Notes: generated by a model not told the origin, from the sequence alone. A stretch of 64,000 bases of DNA from Octopus sinensis (GCF_006345805.1 NC_042999.1:50158001-50222000), one strand, 5' to 3'; positions 26,164 to 39,362 are shown, counted from the stretch's first letter. Made by a program: numbers and translations.

Positions 26164-26652
26164 GCCTATGTAAAAATGAACACCCTTAATCAATTTCCAA
26201 AACTTATCGGGTTCTTATCAGAGGCATCCACATCATTCTGACAGCTTGTAAAACTTACTGGAAGATAAATTTAAGGTCAGCTGCTGGTAAGGATTTTATG
26301 CTTTTCCACCAAATATACTGAAAACATGAAAATAATTACCTAAAGAGATAGGCTTCCACACGAATTATGGTTATTATAATCAAATTATTAACAACTTATG
26401 GAAGAGAGTAATCAAAGTTTCTAGTGTTTAATTATTGTGTTCCTAGATGTTAAAGTTGAATTTCCTACTGTAACTACAGAAACACCCTGAAAATACCTTG
26501 GAGCTAAATGTATGCAAACAAAATTATCTGTTAGCTACAGCAAGTGCTTGAGAGATCAACAAGTGCTTTCAAAATTAAAGATTAAATATTTATTGATTTT
26601 TTCCTCGATTCAAATAGGCATAAGACATGGTTGTATCCTCCCAAATCTCTCA

Positions 26653-26702
<50 letters not shown>

Positions 26703-27464
26703 GGTATTTGACTAGTTTGTATTAATACTTATAACCACTATCAACAAAAGGACTGAAAACATGGAAAGCACCAAGAATAAATTGTATAAATTTAGTAATT
26801 AGCAACAAACTTCGATGCTTTCCTTTTTTTGAATGTGTATGTGTGTGTGTGTGTGCATGTATGAGAATGTGTGTGTGTGTGTGTTATTTGTTGATGCATA
26901 AGTCACACTTTTTGTACACAACTTCAATGACTAACAAATCTTATAAGAAGAAATTTCATCTCTATCACAACCAGCCACTGGGTTGAATGACATAAGTTCA
27001 TATCTCATATGGGCACAGCCATCTTGAATAAATTACCTTACTTTCTGAATTATGAAAACTAAGCCATGGAAAATATTGTACATCTGGTCTTTTGAGCTCA
27101 CTGACAGTAAACATGTTAGAAAAGATTTTCGAATCTAAATTGATACAATAAAGTGCAAATGATAAGTCCAACAAAGATAAACTGACAGAAATTGCAGTGA
27201 AAGGTGCAAACTTCTAAAGAAACAGTTAAGTCTTTAAACTGACAGATGAGATGAGAGGCTTGAGTGATATAGTAATATGTATGGGTGGAGATAGATGGTA
27301 ATGAGACAATCATGATGGTTGAGTGGGGGGGGGCTTGCAGCAAATTTCAAAGAAACATATATAGTAAATAAGGGAACATGATGAGGGTGAATGTCAAGAA
27401 AGAAGGAAAATTTGTATTATGAGGGTTTGTTTGTCAGACCACAAATGTTTTTATTCTTTTCTAT

Positions 27465-27622
27465 GCCGGAGTGGCTGTGAGGTAAGTAGCTGGCTTGCCA
27501 ACCTTATGGTTCTGGGTTCAGTCCCACTGCATGGCACCTTGGGAAAGTTTCTTCTACTATGGCCTCAGGCTGACCACAGCCTTGTGAGTGGATTTGGAAG
27601 ATGGAAACTGAAAGAAGCCCAC
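27465..27622 (+). mobile_element. Family A SINE head (5' half only)
   Basis: GGAGTGGCTGTGAGGTAAG...GGAAACTGAAAGAAGCCC, then truncated. Confidence 0.85.
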
Positions 27623-27636
27623 TGAATATTTATATA

Positions 27637-27847
27637 TACTCTCTTACTCTTTTATTTGTTTCAGTCATTTGACTGTGGTCATGCTGGAGCACCACCTTTA
27701 GTTGAACAAATTGACCCCAGGACTCATTCTTGATAAGCCTAGTGCTTATTCTATCAGTCTCTTTTGCCAAACCACTAAGTTACTGGGATGTAAACACACT
27801 AGCATTGGTCGTCAAGCGATGGTGGGGAGACAAACACAGACACACAA

Positions 27848-27890
<43 letters not shown>

Positions 27891-28070
27891 CACACACACA
27901 CACACATTCAATGGGCTTCTTTCAGTTTCCATCTACCAAATCCACTCACAAGGCTTCGGTCAGCCTGAGGCTATAGTAGAAGACACTTGCCCAAGGTGCC
28001 ATGCAGTGGGACTGAACCCAGAACCATGTGGTTGGTAAGCAAGCTACTTACCACACAGCCACTCCTATGC
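27637..28070 (-). mobile_element. Family A SINE, inverted relative to the adjacent head
   Basis: Full-length reverse-complement match. Confidence 0.92.
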
Positions 28071-28164
28071 CTAATCAAATGCTGCTAAGTGTTTTACCCA
28101 GTATCCTAACAGTTCTGCCAGCTCAGCACTTTATGAAAGAAGAAAATATTATCTCATGTCAAAT

Positions 28165-28870
28165 ATTTGTCATGATGACAACTACTAGGATAAAGATAAA
28201 ATCTTCTTTATACGTTGTTGCTTTCAAACTTAACATTTTGGAATTTGCAGAAGTTAATGATAACAGAGCTGCTGAGAGGGGTGTTTTCTGTAGCAGAGAA
28301 TAATGTGAAAGATTGCAGAAATCAAAAAGAATATTTACTAGTAATGCCAAAGAAAACAGCAAAAAAAAAAAGAAGCCAAGTAGATGGAAGCAGCTTTTTA
28401 TTCAGAGGTTACAAAAGGAATGGTTGAACTGAGTCATTAATGAGACGAGAAGTGATTTCATTTTAACTCTGATACAAATAAGTATTGAAGGTTACCAAGA
28501 TCTCCCAATAACATCATTTAAAGGTTCTAAAGAAGTGACTCATCACTTTATGGTGAAAAATGTTTTTAGTGTATGACAGAAATCCAAGATGTTCCCAAAA
28601 CTATCACATGACTTACAACATACAATAAATTTGCGTTACTCTTTTTTTGAGGCAAAAGAAAAAGCAGTGGGAATTTATCTCGGTTAGATTGGTAATATGG
28701 ATGAAAATTCAAGGGTTTTTTTTTTTTGGCTTTTTTCCAATCTACCTAGAAAATATACACTTGTTGTCAAAGAAAACCTATTCACTGGGGAGCAAAGAAT
28801 AGGAACATATACATTTTGCAGAGATATTTCAGTGTGTACAGCAGATAGATAAAAAAAAAAGGTATGGTAA
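28165..28870 (+). mobile_element. POGK-like pogo transposase fossil (Brinker-type DNA-binding domain, CENP-B HTH, start of DDE)
   Basis: SLYVVAFKLNILEFAEVNDNRAAER (frameshift) FSVAENNVKDCRNQKEYL resembles BrkDBD 'SYxAxFKLxVVEYAE..N..AA..F.V.EKNVRDWR'; IGNMDE at 28688-28705 is the pogo first catalytic-Asp motif. Confidence 0.8.
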
Positions 28871-28884
28871 AGTTAACTTCTTGA

Positions 28885-29118
28885 GTTATAGTGACTCATA
28901 AGGGCCAGTTTCCCAGTTTCCGTGGTGTATATATTCCCCCACTTGGATGGGATGCTGGTTGCAGAGTTACTCATTTTTGCCAGCAGAATGGACTGGAGCA
29001 ACGTGAAATGAAGTGTTTTGCTCAAGAGTACAATGCATCACCTGGTCCAGAAATCAAAATCACAAGCTCACGATTATAAGTCCAACACCCCAACCACTAA
29101 GCCATGTACCTCCTCCAC
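28885..29118 (-). mobile_element. tRNA-headed SINE, family D (V-like; partial relative at ~29790-29960)
   Basis: Minus strand GGAGG.ACATGGCTTAGTGGTT head followed by CTTGAGCAAAACACTTCATTTCACGTTGCTCCAGTCC. Confidence 0.7.
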
Positions 29119-29139
29119 TTACAGTAGATGACATTAAGC

Positions 29140-29367
29140 TTAATCCTTTCATTACCAACTCAGCTGAAACCAGCTCTGGCTCTGAGTACAAATGTCTTGT
29201 TTCCATAAGTTTTGAATTAAAATCTTCCACCAAACGTTAGTCACAATTTATGTTCCTAACACTAGCTTAATGATAACTAAGTTATTTTACTAAATTCTTT
29301 GTTATATTTATAGTAATTGAAAGAAACACAGAGCATCTCAAAAGAAATACAGTAACAAAAGGGTTAA
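29140..29367. mobile_element. piggyBac-type MITE (TTAA-flanked)
   Basis: TTAA-TCCTTT...AAAAGGG-TTAA; reverse-complement homolog of 57147-57375. Confidence 0.8.
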
Positions 29368-30219
29368 ACCAATGTGATGATGTTTAAGAGGAATGAATTA
29401 CTAGAGGGGCAGAATAAAAAAGATATTATCTCGAGTTTTGGTTCACATTTGAACCAAGGGACAGATAGATTAAGAAGGCATCATTGTCTTGTTAAGCCAA
29501 GCTTTTAACCACAGTATAATGCATTCTCAATCAGACACCAAGAGCCCTCCTGTAAATGAAACCACTCCTTGTATGGGACCAGTTTGGTGTACACAAATTG
29601 GAAAAGATGAAAGAAAATGACAAATACTAGCTGAACACAAACAATTGTTACAATCTTTGGATGTGGTGCTCAGTAAACCAGTGAATGATGGGATAGCTAA
29701 GTTAGCTAAAGTTACCTTCTTGAGTCATACTAACTCACATGACTCAAGAGTCATGTGAGTTAACACATGACTCTTGGACCAATTTCCTGGTTTACATGGT
29801 GTACAAATTCCTCGCCTGAATGGGACACCGGTCCATCGCAGGATTAGTCATTTTTGCCAGCTGGGTGGACTGGAGCAATGTGAAATGAAGTGTTTTGCTC
29901 AAGAACACAATGTGTCATCCAATCCAGGAACTGAAACCACAATCTGACAGTCATCCTAACACATAACCTCCACACTGATAGGACCTGTTGGATATGGATG
30001 ACCTGATAGTCTTCAGACCAGTAAAAGTTCACCATGTGTAGCAACCTCTAAATTTCAAGTTTGTTCATGGTTAGTGAAGGTCTGGGATGATATTCCAATT
30101 AAGAAGTTGATGTCTTTTAAAAGACAAGAATTTCAAATATAGATAGAACTGAAGATACCATTTGCGAATTGATGATTAAGATGATCAAAGGCAGGAAGAT
30201 GAAATAAAGGACATATCAG

Positions 30220-30909
30220 CACTATGGGATGTATATGAAAAGTTGACATTGCAGAAGTGGGAAGACAATTTTGACACCTGTGATGATGAAGAACCTGATT
30301 GATAATTTCATAATTGGAGTTACCTTTATATTGTTTATTGGTGCAGTCTGTGTGAAGAATATTGACAGCTGTAGGAGGAGTAAAAAACAGCTGCTCTTAA
30401 GTTAGGGAAGATAGCAGAGGGAGCATCTTGCTGGTTCAGAAATAATTGAGAGTAGTTGAGGTGGAATCCAGGAGAAAATGGGTTGTGACTAGTCATCACT
30501 GCCAACCCAACAACTGGAGGAATTTGTGTGTAGGGTCAAAACCCTTGAGAAATGTTGGCTACCATTTGATGACTACTTCTACCAATCAAAAGCTACAATC
30601 ATACATATGTGGCTGAATCTGTAAACATCTCTAGTAGAAGTATGTAACATTAATAGTTCCATATGAAGACACTCAAACGATGATTGTTTCTAAGGAACTT
30701 AAAATCTAACATTACTTTAAAAAGATACTTGGAAAAATGTTATGATTAGCTAAGTAAAAAAATGCAATTATGAACAAAATGTGTTAGCAATGACAGGCAA
30801 GATAATAATATTATACAACATCAGGTTAAACTATATATTAAATTGAAAGAGGATAATGTAATTGACTAAAAAGAAAACTATTTGGTAATTGCTACCTTAC
30901 TGAGAGTTT
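30220..30909 (+). repeat. Diverged direct repeat copy 2 (empty site)
   Basis: Lacks the family B SINE; single GAACTTAAAATCTAA at 30695-30709. Confidence 0.9.
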
Positions 30910-32538
30910 ACCGTGAATAAATGTATAATTGATTTAAGTTATGTCGCACCAAGAATAACAAAATATATGACTGTTATTATGAAGCACAATGATAGTACAT
31001 GTCATGAAAAGGAAACAGAGACAGGCATAGAATACACGATATAAAGTTTGCTCTCCTATTTTTATGCTTTCCACTAAATGTCCAAAAAGTATTTGGTTTT
31101 TACAGGCGAATGGAAGATATATTACGGTTCAGTATATATACAAATGAAATGAGTAGTGAATTTTGAACTTCCAGATGGCTTCATTTTTGGATCTAATCCA
31201 AAGTAATGCCTTTCATGAAGTGTATTTTACAATATTGATATTTTACATTGGGAAAACTCTGTGTGTGTGTGTGCATATGTATGTGTGTGTATGTGTGCAT
31301 GTGTACGTTAATGTGTGTATTTTATGGCATTCAGTCATATATGTCACTTGTCCAGTCTTACTAACATGACATGTAAACAGAAACAGAAGAGCATATACTC
31401 TCAGACACATGTTGTATATATTGTGTTGCATGGATGTAAAGCCACCAACAACTGGGTGTATAAGAATTAAACTCTAGGATGTAAGGTTTTGTGAAGAATG
31501 AGAATAGAGTTTGAACTTTTATTAATCCTTCAACAATTTTGAATACATTTTATCCTTGTAGCATCTAATTAACTACATAATTGGCTGTGATGAATTATTT
31601 TTAGAACCTTCTTGTTCCCATGTTTCACTTAAAATACACTATCTTTGCCTCAATAAATTATGAAGTTAATGAAGTATTTAATAAAATAACTTTGTCATTA
31701 TTAAGCTGCTATTTAGAACATAAATTACCTTGATAGTTTGATGGCAGATTTTAATTTTAACCACTTTAAAGCAGAAAGATTTTAATATGGAAATAGGGAG
31801 TGCTTCTGACTGGTTGACATTAAAAAGGTTAAATCAATTTATCATTCATCTATGGTAGTAGTTGAATAATATTCTTAAGGCTGTAATTTACTCACATGTA
31901 ACATCTTTCAGAGCTTGTCACTAATTCACTTCTTAACTAAATGGAAAACCGTAAACATTTTTGAAGAGGACTAGTCCCTAGCTATGTTTTGGCATTAAAA
32001 ATTGAGATTTGGTCCAGCATAAAAGTTTACATCAACATTCATAGCAACGTTATAGGAGAGTAAGTAGTAATGCCACCAATCAAGTTTCGATCTAAATAAC
32101 TTTTTTATTTTAAAAGCAAAATATCTTTACCCTAGCTTCAATGATAGAAGAAAGCATGAAGAACTTCATAGTTTTGGTTCCATGCAACAAAATTTGCATC
32201 AAAAATGTTGCGAGATAAAATATCATGAAAAATATGAGTAAGGCAAAAAATTGGATTCAAGTTTAATTAACAAACTATATTTTAATCAAACTTCAATGAT
32301 AAAGCTCAATTTGAAGAATTTCATGTTATCAATTTCATGCAATGAAGTTTTAAAAGAAAAAAGTTATGAGTGTTTGTTTCTCAAATTTGAGGGTGATAAT
32401 ATAGTTCTATACTTTTTTATGAATATAGTTCTAGGGGACTTTTAATATATGTCACCAGCATCGCTGAAGTAAGGAAAAATTATCAACAACACTGTTAATT
32501 GATACATTTCACACATTATTAATTAGCATGATAGCATA

Positions 32539-32948
32539 GCGCAGGAGTGGCTGTGTGGTAAGTAGCTTGCCTACCAACCACATGGTTCTGGGTTCAGTCC
32601 CACTGCGTGGCATCTTGGGCAAGTGTCTTCTGCTATAGCCCCGGGCCGACCAATGCCTTGTGAGTGGAATTGGTAGACGGAAACTGAAAGAAGCCTGTCG
32701 TATATATGTATATATATATGCGTGTGTGTGTTTGTGTGAGTGTGTTTGTCCCCCTAGCATTGCTTGACAACCGATGCTGGTGTGTTTACGTCCCCGTCAC
32801 TTAGCGGTTCGGCAAAAGAGACCGATAGAATAAGTACTGGGCTTACAAAAGAATAAGTCCCGGGGTCGATTTGCTCGACAAAAGGCGGTGCTCCAGCATG
32901 GCCGCAGTCAAATGACTGAAACAAGTAAAAGAGTAAAAGAGAAAGAGT
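32539..32948 (+). mobile_element. Family A SINE, young copy
   Basis: Near-consensus, CpG-rich, with a (GTAAAAGA)n tail. Confidence 0.95.
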
Positions 32949-32973
32949 AATAGCCTGGAAAAAACATGGATTT

Positions 32974-33824
32974 CATGGAAAATGTGAGCAAGAGAAATAA
33001 TATTCTTAAGATTACAAATTTGAAAATTTACAGTACAAGTTATTACATTTGGAAAAGTTCAGGACAAGTGAATACATCTGATAAAGTACAGAATAAAAAA
33101 ACTTTTACTTAAAATATTGCAGCTAAGGATAAAATTTAAATATTAAAAATTATTTGATTTTAATTTACAAAGAAACATTATAATTAAAAAAGTGCCATCA
33201 TTTTGTTAAAACATTGACACACTAGAATACTTAAAAAATGAGAGCCAGAAGTACCAATATAGCTAAAGTTTTATGCAAAGTAGAATAGTATATTTGGTAT
33301 GCAAATTCGTTATGTAAAAAAAATAGGCATTGAGTGAAGACTAAAAATGTGAAGACTTGGCAATAACTCAAGCAAATTTTACTGTGAATTTCTTGTTATA
33401 GGTAGATTTTACTGTAATATATAACTGATTTTTGTATTATTCTATTTATAATACTAAGTAATTATGTACTACTATTATTTTTTGTAACCTATTTTCAAAT
33501 TTCTAATTATTAAATAATAATTTTAAAAATGAATTTTTTTAAATGCAAAAAATATTTTGAGTTATTTTTTATTTGTAATAAAAGTAACAAGTAACAAATA
33601 GAAGCATTAACTTGTATAGAATTTTTAGTTTTAATAAAAGCTAATATTTTCTAAATCTAAATATTATATTTGAAATTTTATCCTTAGTTGCGATATCTTA
33701 AGCAAAAATTTTCTTGTTCTGTACTTTACCAGGTGTAATTTTTCCTGAACTTTTCCAAGTGTCCTGTATTTTTCGAGACTTATAATCTTAAGAATATTAT
33801 TTCTCTTGCTCGCATTTTTCCATG
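32974..33824. mobile_element. AT-rich foldback element with ~165-bp inverted arms (32974-33143 and 33665-33824)
   Basis: CATGGAAAATGTGAGCAAGAGAAATAATATTCTTAAGATTA pairs with TAATCTTAAGAATATTATTTCTCTTGCTCGCATTTTTCCATG; inner blocks GGAAAAGTTCAGGA, TAAAGTACAGAA and CTAAGGATAAA are also mirrored. Confidence 0.8.
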
Positions 33825-35049
33825 TATGTCTAATATTGGAAGAAATACTTTTATCAGCTAAAGGAAGAAGAGGCAAAACAGCAAGTATGTCATAGTGCAA
33901 TATTTTCACAAACCAATAGAGCATTGGACAAAATATCTGGAGGTATTTAGTACATCTCTTTATGTTTAGAGTTATGAATCTACCCTTATCAGTCATTTTT
34001 GCTTTTCATCCTTCCATACTTGATAAAATACTGGTCAAATAATGGGATTGTAAGGCTTAAATGTGGAACCATAAAGAATAAAATACGTTTGTTGATAGTT
34101 GAATGTTCTTTCATTTTATATTACAAACTACTTGATATTTCAAGGAGAGTATAACCATTGTTTAAGGTATACTGCACTCATGAAGGATGTTTCACCTAAA
34201 GTTACAATATAAAATATAAATGAATATTTTATATTTCCAATAATCTTCCATCTTTTTCTGTTTTCATTCTTGCTAGTATTAGTAGTTTTCAGTGATGTTA
34301 AGATTATCTCAAATTTAATCCATAAATCAAATATTTCTTTATCACAAAACATACAACTTTCTTCTTTTCAAGCTACTTCTATAAAAAACACAAATTGTTT
34401 AATAATATATTATGAAGATTCAGTCATATTGATAGCAACAGTTATACAATTTATTTTCACAAAATTGTTTATTAAAAATCTGCTCAAATCTCAAGAGCTC
34501 CATCTTTTAAAGATTTTTTTTTCCATTCTTTACTTCTGTTTTCATAATTAATCTTAACAACAGCCTACATTGTGATTTGACAGATTTTAAAAAATATATT
34601 CAGAGAAGTGTTAGATATGATAATTTCAAAATTATTATATTCTCTACTTTATTCTACCTAGACATTGATAATTTTATCTTTATATTTCTTTATTTTCCCC
34701 CCAAACTGTTTTGTCACACCAATGTATATTTACACTTACACACTAACACAAATACACACATATTTGCTTTACGCAGTATTAAACATATGATTTCCCAGTA
34801 GTATATTGAGATAAGCCTATGATCCATTAATAAATTAAATCCTGAAATCACTTGAAACAACTCAGTTTCTGTCATCTGTTTGAATATATAATTCTTTATA
34901 AACTGTTCATTGCATTTATGAATTAGCAACTAAATAAAATGCTGAACATTTACTGAAATTAAACATGAAAACAATAAACATACAAATGAACAGATCAAAT
35001 GTATTTGGGAGAGATTTTCCTTTAGAATTCAGGAAATAATGACAGATTG

Positions 35050-35164
35050 TTTTGATTTACGTATATATATATATATATTTATATGTACAAATATATATAT
35101 ACATATATATGTGTATATACACATATATATATATATACATATATATATGTATATACAAATATAT

Positions 35165-35246
<82 letters not shown>

Positions 35247-35560
35247 GTTTTTAATTATAGTAAAGATTAGAGAACAACAAATATCTAAATTGTATTTTAA
35301 CTCTACTATATATACACATGTGTACATGTGTGTATAAAAATATGAACACACAGCCATATATATGTACACACATACAAACATCTATAAATATATATACATA
35401 CATTTATAAATATACATAACACACATACACCTATGCACAAATGTATACATATACATAGATATATATATCCGCTATGTATTCATACATACACATTCATACA
35501 CACACACCAATGTATACATACATGTACATGCACATATACATATATAAGAATGTACACACA
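35050..35560. repeat. Long (AT)n microsatellite grading into AT/AC low-complexity sequence
   Basis: Directly visible; explains the four YI-rich ORFs. Confidence 0.97.
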
Positions 35561-36761
35561 CAAGATTTTTCTTTTCTAAACTGAACATATCCATGGTGTG
35601 AACTACAATATGTTTACTTTGAATTCAATGAAATGAGAAAAAAAAACATATAATTATGTGAATATTTGCTATGTAGTTTTACTGAAATATAATTTGCTAA
35701 GAGTAATTTCAATGCACTCACTACATTACAGTTTAATATGTGTCTTATTACCAAGTATGTATACTCCTAGGAAATTAATTTCAGGTTGATCACTTCGAGA
35801 TAACTTTTTCTCAAAACATATTTTAGAAAATTAAATGTATATGGGTTTTTTTGTTGTTTTTTTTTTTTTTGTATATGTCCTTTTATTTAGATTTATGTCT
35901 AACCTCACAGAACTGATAATTTTCAACTACGTGCCACAGAGGAACTCTGCTATGCTGAATGTTCACTGTTGAGAAACACAGTTCTTGAATCAGAATGTGT
36001 TTTTTGGCTAGCAATGATTTAAGTTCAAATACACTTCCTTTGTATTGGATATCAGAAGCTAACTCATTGTATTTATTCTAATTTCTTTATTACCCACAAG
36101 GGGCGAAAATCTCATTGTATTTATTCTTTCACAACTTGGATTTATGTCATAACCCCAAATGATTTATAATTTATTGAAACATTCGATGGGCACTTTTGCT
36201 GAAACAAAATACATCACTTAGATGAATTATGATATATCCTATGTAGTACATATGTCTCTTATCACTGATGTGTATATATGTATGTGTGAGTGTATATGTT
36301 ATAATAAATACATTACTGTGATCAAGTTTTATTTGTTTTATTAAGGGTTTTTCCCTATTTCCATATTAGTCCTTTAATTTGGAACAATCACATCTCATTC
36401 CTCAATACAGCAGTCCATTAACATTTCAAGACTTCTGTAGTCACTTCATTCTGATGAAGTGATGGTATTAATAGCATATTGTCCACATGCTCTGAACTAA
36501 GTTGGAAAGGATCAGGGGAAAACAATTACAACTGATTAAACTCACATATGCCAATTAAGTTCCAGTAGATGTCATGATCTTATTTCACATGATCTCTCTA
36601 TGTATTGCTTTTTGATTTGTATATTGCTTTTAGTAAAGCCACTGTGATTATTCTTTACCTTTTTTTTTTGTTTTTTGTAGAATTATGAGTAAAATTGTAG
36701 CCCTTCCAACTAATGTTTTCTAATTTTATGTTTTCCTTATTTGATATGGTTTTCTGTAGTT

Positions 36762-36974
36762 CTTTTACTCTTTTACTTGTTTCAGTCATTTGACTGTGGC
36801 CACACTGGAGCAATGCCTTTAGTCGAGCAAATCGACCCCAGGACTTATTCTTTATAAGCCTAGTACTTATTCTATCGGTCTCTTTTGCCGAACTGCTATG
36901 TTACAGGGATGTAAGCACATCGCCATTGGTTGTCATGCGATGTCAGGGGGACAAACACAGAAACACAGACATAT

Positions 36975-37037
<63 letters not shown>

Positions 37038-37203
37038 TACGAAAGGCTTCTTTCAGTTTCTGTCTACCAAATCCACTCACAAGGCTTTGGTCGGCCTGAG
37101 GCTATAGTAGAAGACACTTTCCCAAGGTTCCATGCAGTGGGAATGAACCTGGAACCATGTGGTTCGTAAGCAAGCTACTTACCACACAGCCACTCCTGTG
37201 CCT
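36762..37203 (-). mobile_element. Family A SINE
   Basis: Full-length reverse-complement match. Confidence 0.92.
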
Positions 37204-37373
37204 ATAAATAAAATCAACATGCCAAGGCTTTTCCAGAAAAACCCTTTGTGATATTTGTTCTGCCCAAGTTGCACAGATGCACCCGGGTCAACTTCACTAT
37301 CATAAATGCAGTGATCTATTGGACAACTCTAATCAATACTATTGTTGACATGATTTTTTAAAAATTTATTTAT

Positions 37374-37661
37374 GCACCCTTTTCAAGCCCAGTCAGGCTC
37401 ATGGGCCCGGTTTCCTGGTTTCTGTGGTGTATGTGTTCCCCACTAGCTGGACAGAATGCCAGTCCATTGCAGAGTTACTCAAGAAACAGGAAGAAAGAGT
37501 GAGAGAAAGTTGGGGTGAAAGAGTACAACAGGGGTCGCCACCACCCCCTGCCGGAGCCTCATGAAGCCGTAGGTGTTTTCGCTCAATAAAGACGCACAAC
37601 GCACAGTCTGGGAATCGAAACCGCGAGTCCACTGCCCTAAACACTGGGCCATTGCACCTCC
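37374..37661 (-). mobile_element. tRNA-headed SINE, family C (V-domain-like)
   Basis: Reverse complement of 50401-50702; contains CTGCAATGGACTGGCATTCTGTCCAG, resembling the V-SINE core. Confidence 0.88.
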
Positions 37662-38153
37662 ACATTGTTGAAATGATACTACATAAAATTACAGCAAGAC
37701 ACAAAGTATCAAAATAATTTTCCTCTAAGCGAAACTATTTTGTTTTATGTGTTACATCGTCGGATTATCTGATGTTTGTATTTTTGATAGAATACTTTGG
37801 TATATTAAATAAAATGGCTGATTGTCGTTGTACTAAAATGTGTGATATATTCATTTTATTCTAGAACAGAATATACAATGTTTTAATTCACTTTGAACTA
37901 TGGCATTTCAATTTGTTTCTTTGTTTGCTTTTCTTTTGTCTGTAGACTATAGACATGATTAATATATCCATATATCTATCTATCTATCTATTAATCTATG
38001 AAAATACCCAAGTTATTTTGAAATGCAAGATCATATATTTATATGCTTTGTAGTTTAAATTGAATGCAAAATGAAACAATGGTAGGTGAAGATGTTAATT
38101 AATTAATAAATTAATTTGTATCCATTGGATCTCACCATTTTCAAACTTAATAA

Positions 38154-38190
<37 letters not shown>

Positions 38191-38225
38191 GACAGACAGA
38201 GAGACAGCCACACACACACATACAT

Positions 38226-38740
38226 ATTCTTTTTATTGTTTTATTTGTTTCATTTATTATTAAACTGTGGCCATGCTAAGGCACTGTCTCGAAAAAGTTT
38301 AGTTAAATGAATTGACTCCAGTACTTATCTTTTTAAAACTTGGTATTATTCTATTAGTCTCTTTGCCATACAGCTAAGTTATAGACATAAACTCACAAAC
38401 ACCAGTTGTCAAGCAGTGGTGGTGGACAAATGCACTCAGTAACACAAACATACATACACATGACAAGTTTCTTTCAGTTTCCATCTACCAAATTGTCTTA
38501 CAAGGCTTTGTTAAAATATTAGGCAGCAAGCTGGCAGAATCATTAGCATGCCAGACAAAAAATGCTTAGCAGCATTTAGTCCAGCTTTATGTTCTGGGTT
38601 CAAATTCTGCCACAGTTTACTTTGCCTTTCACCCTTCCTGGATTGATAGAATAAGTACTAGTTGATTGTTGGGATCAACGTAATTGACTTACCTCCTCCC
38701 CCGAAATTCCTGGCCTTGTGCCAAAATTTGAAACCAATAT
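38226..38740. mobile_element. Decayed family A SINE (-) followed by decayed family B SINE (+)
   Basis: Recognisable tail and middle blocks at 38226-38510; GGCAGCAAGCTGGCAGAATC head at ~38522. Confidence 0.7.
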
Positions 38741-38949
38741 TTATGCTAAAATATGTTTGACAAGATGTGATGGCCATGGCTATAGTGTCGCTGATCACAG
38801 GACTGTTTGATCAAGGCTGGCCTGAAGCTAAACTACAACAATATCACAAAATGTATTCACTTCACCCCAGAAATTCACTTCCTCTGTAGACACACTGTAA
38901 ACAACATCAAGAGAGATACATTAACATAGTCTTCTAGGGAACAGTTTCA

Positions 38950-39328
38950 TTCATATGCACAAATTGTTGCCAGAGTGCCGAACTGGCTTCTGTGCCAGTG
39001 GCATGTAAAAAGCACCATTCAAGCGTGATCATTACCAGCATTGCCTTGCTGGCACATGAAAAAACATTCGACCGAGGTCGTTGCCAGTGCCGCTGGACTG
39101 GCTCCTGTGCAGGTGGCACATAAAAAACACCATTTGAGTGTGGCCATTGCCAGTACCTGCTGCTGGCATGTAAAAGCACCCACTACACTCTTGGAGTGGT
39201 TGGCGTTAGGAAGGGCATCCAGCTGTAGAAACTCTGCCAGATCAAGATTGGAGCCTGGTGCAGCCATCTGTTTTGCCAATCCTCAATCAAATTTTTGAAC
39301 CCATTCTAGCATGGGAAGCGGACATTAA

Positions 39329-39361
<33 letters not shown>

Positions 39362-39362
39362 T
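38950..39362 (+). mobile_element. Family E RTE-related short retroposon with internal subrepeats and (GAT)n tail
   Basis: About four TGGCA(C/T)(G/A)T(A/G)AAAA...CA subrepeats, then GAGTGGTTGGCGTTAGGAAGGGCATCCAGCTG, ending GACATTAAATGATGATGAT. Confidence 0.75.

Noticed and set aside
26259-26317. Minus-strand segment with good-looking acceptor (TTTTCATGTTTTCAG) and donor (GTAAGT), open as YIWWKSIKSLPAADLKFIF
   Set aside because: No recognisable domain and it does not continue the WW domain in the required phase; such sites arise by chance in AT-rich DNA. Worth a glance in RNA-seq only.
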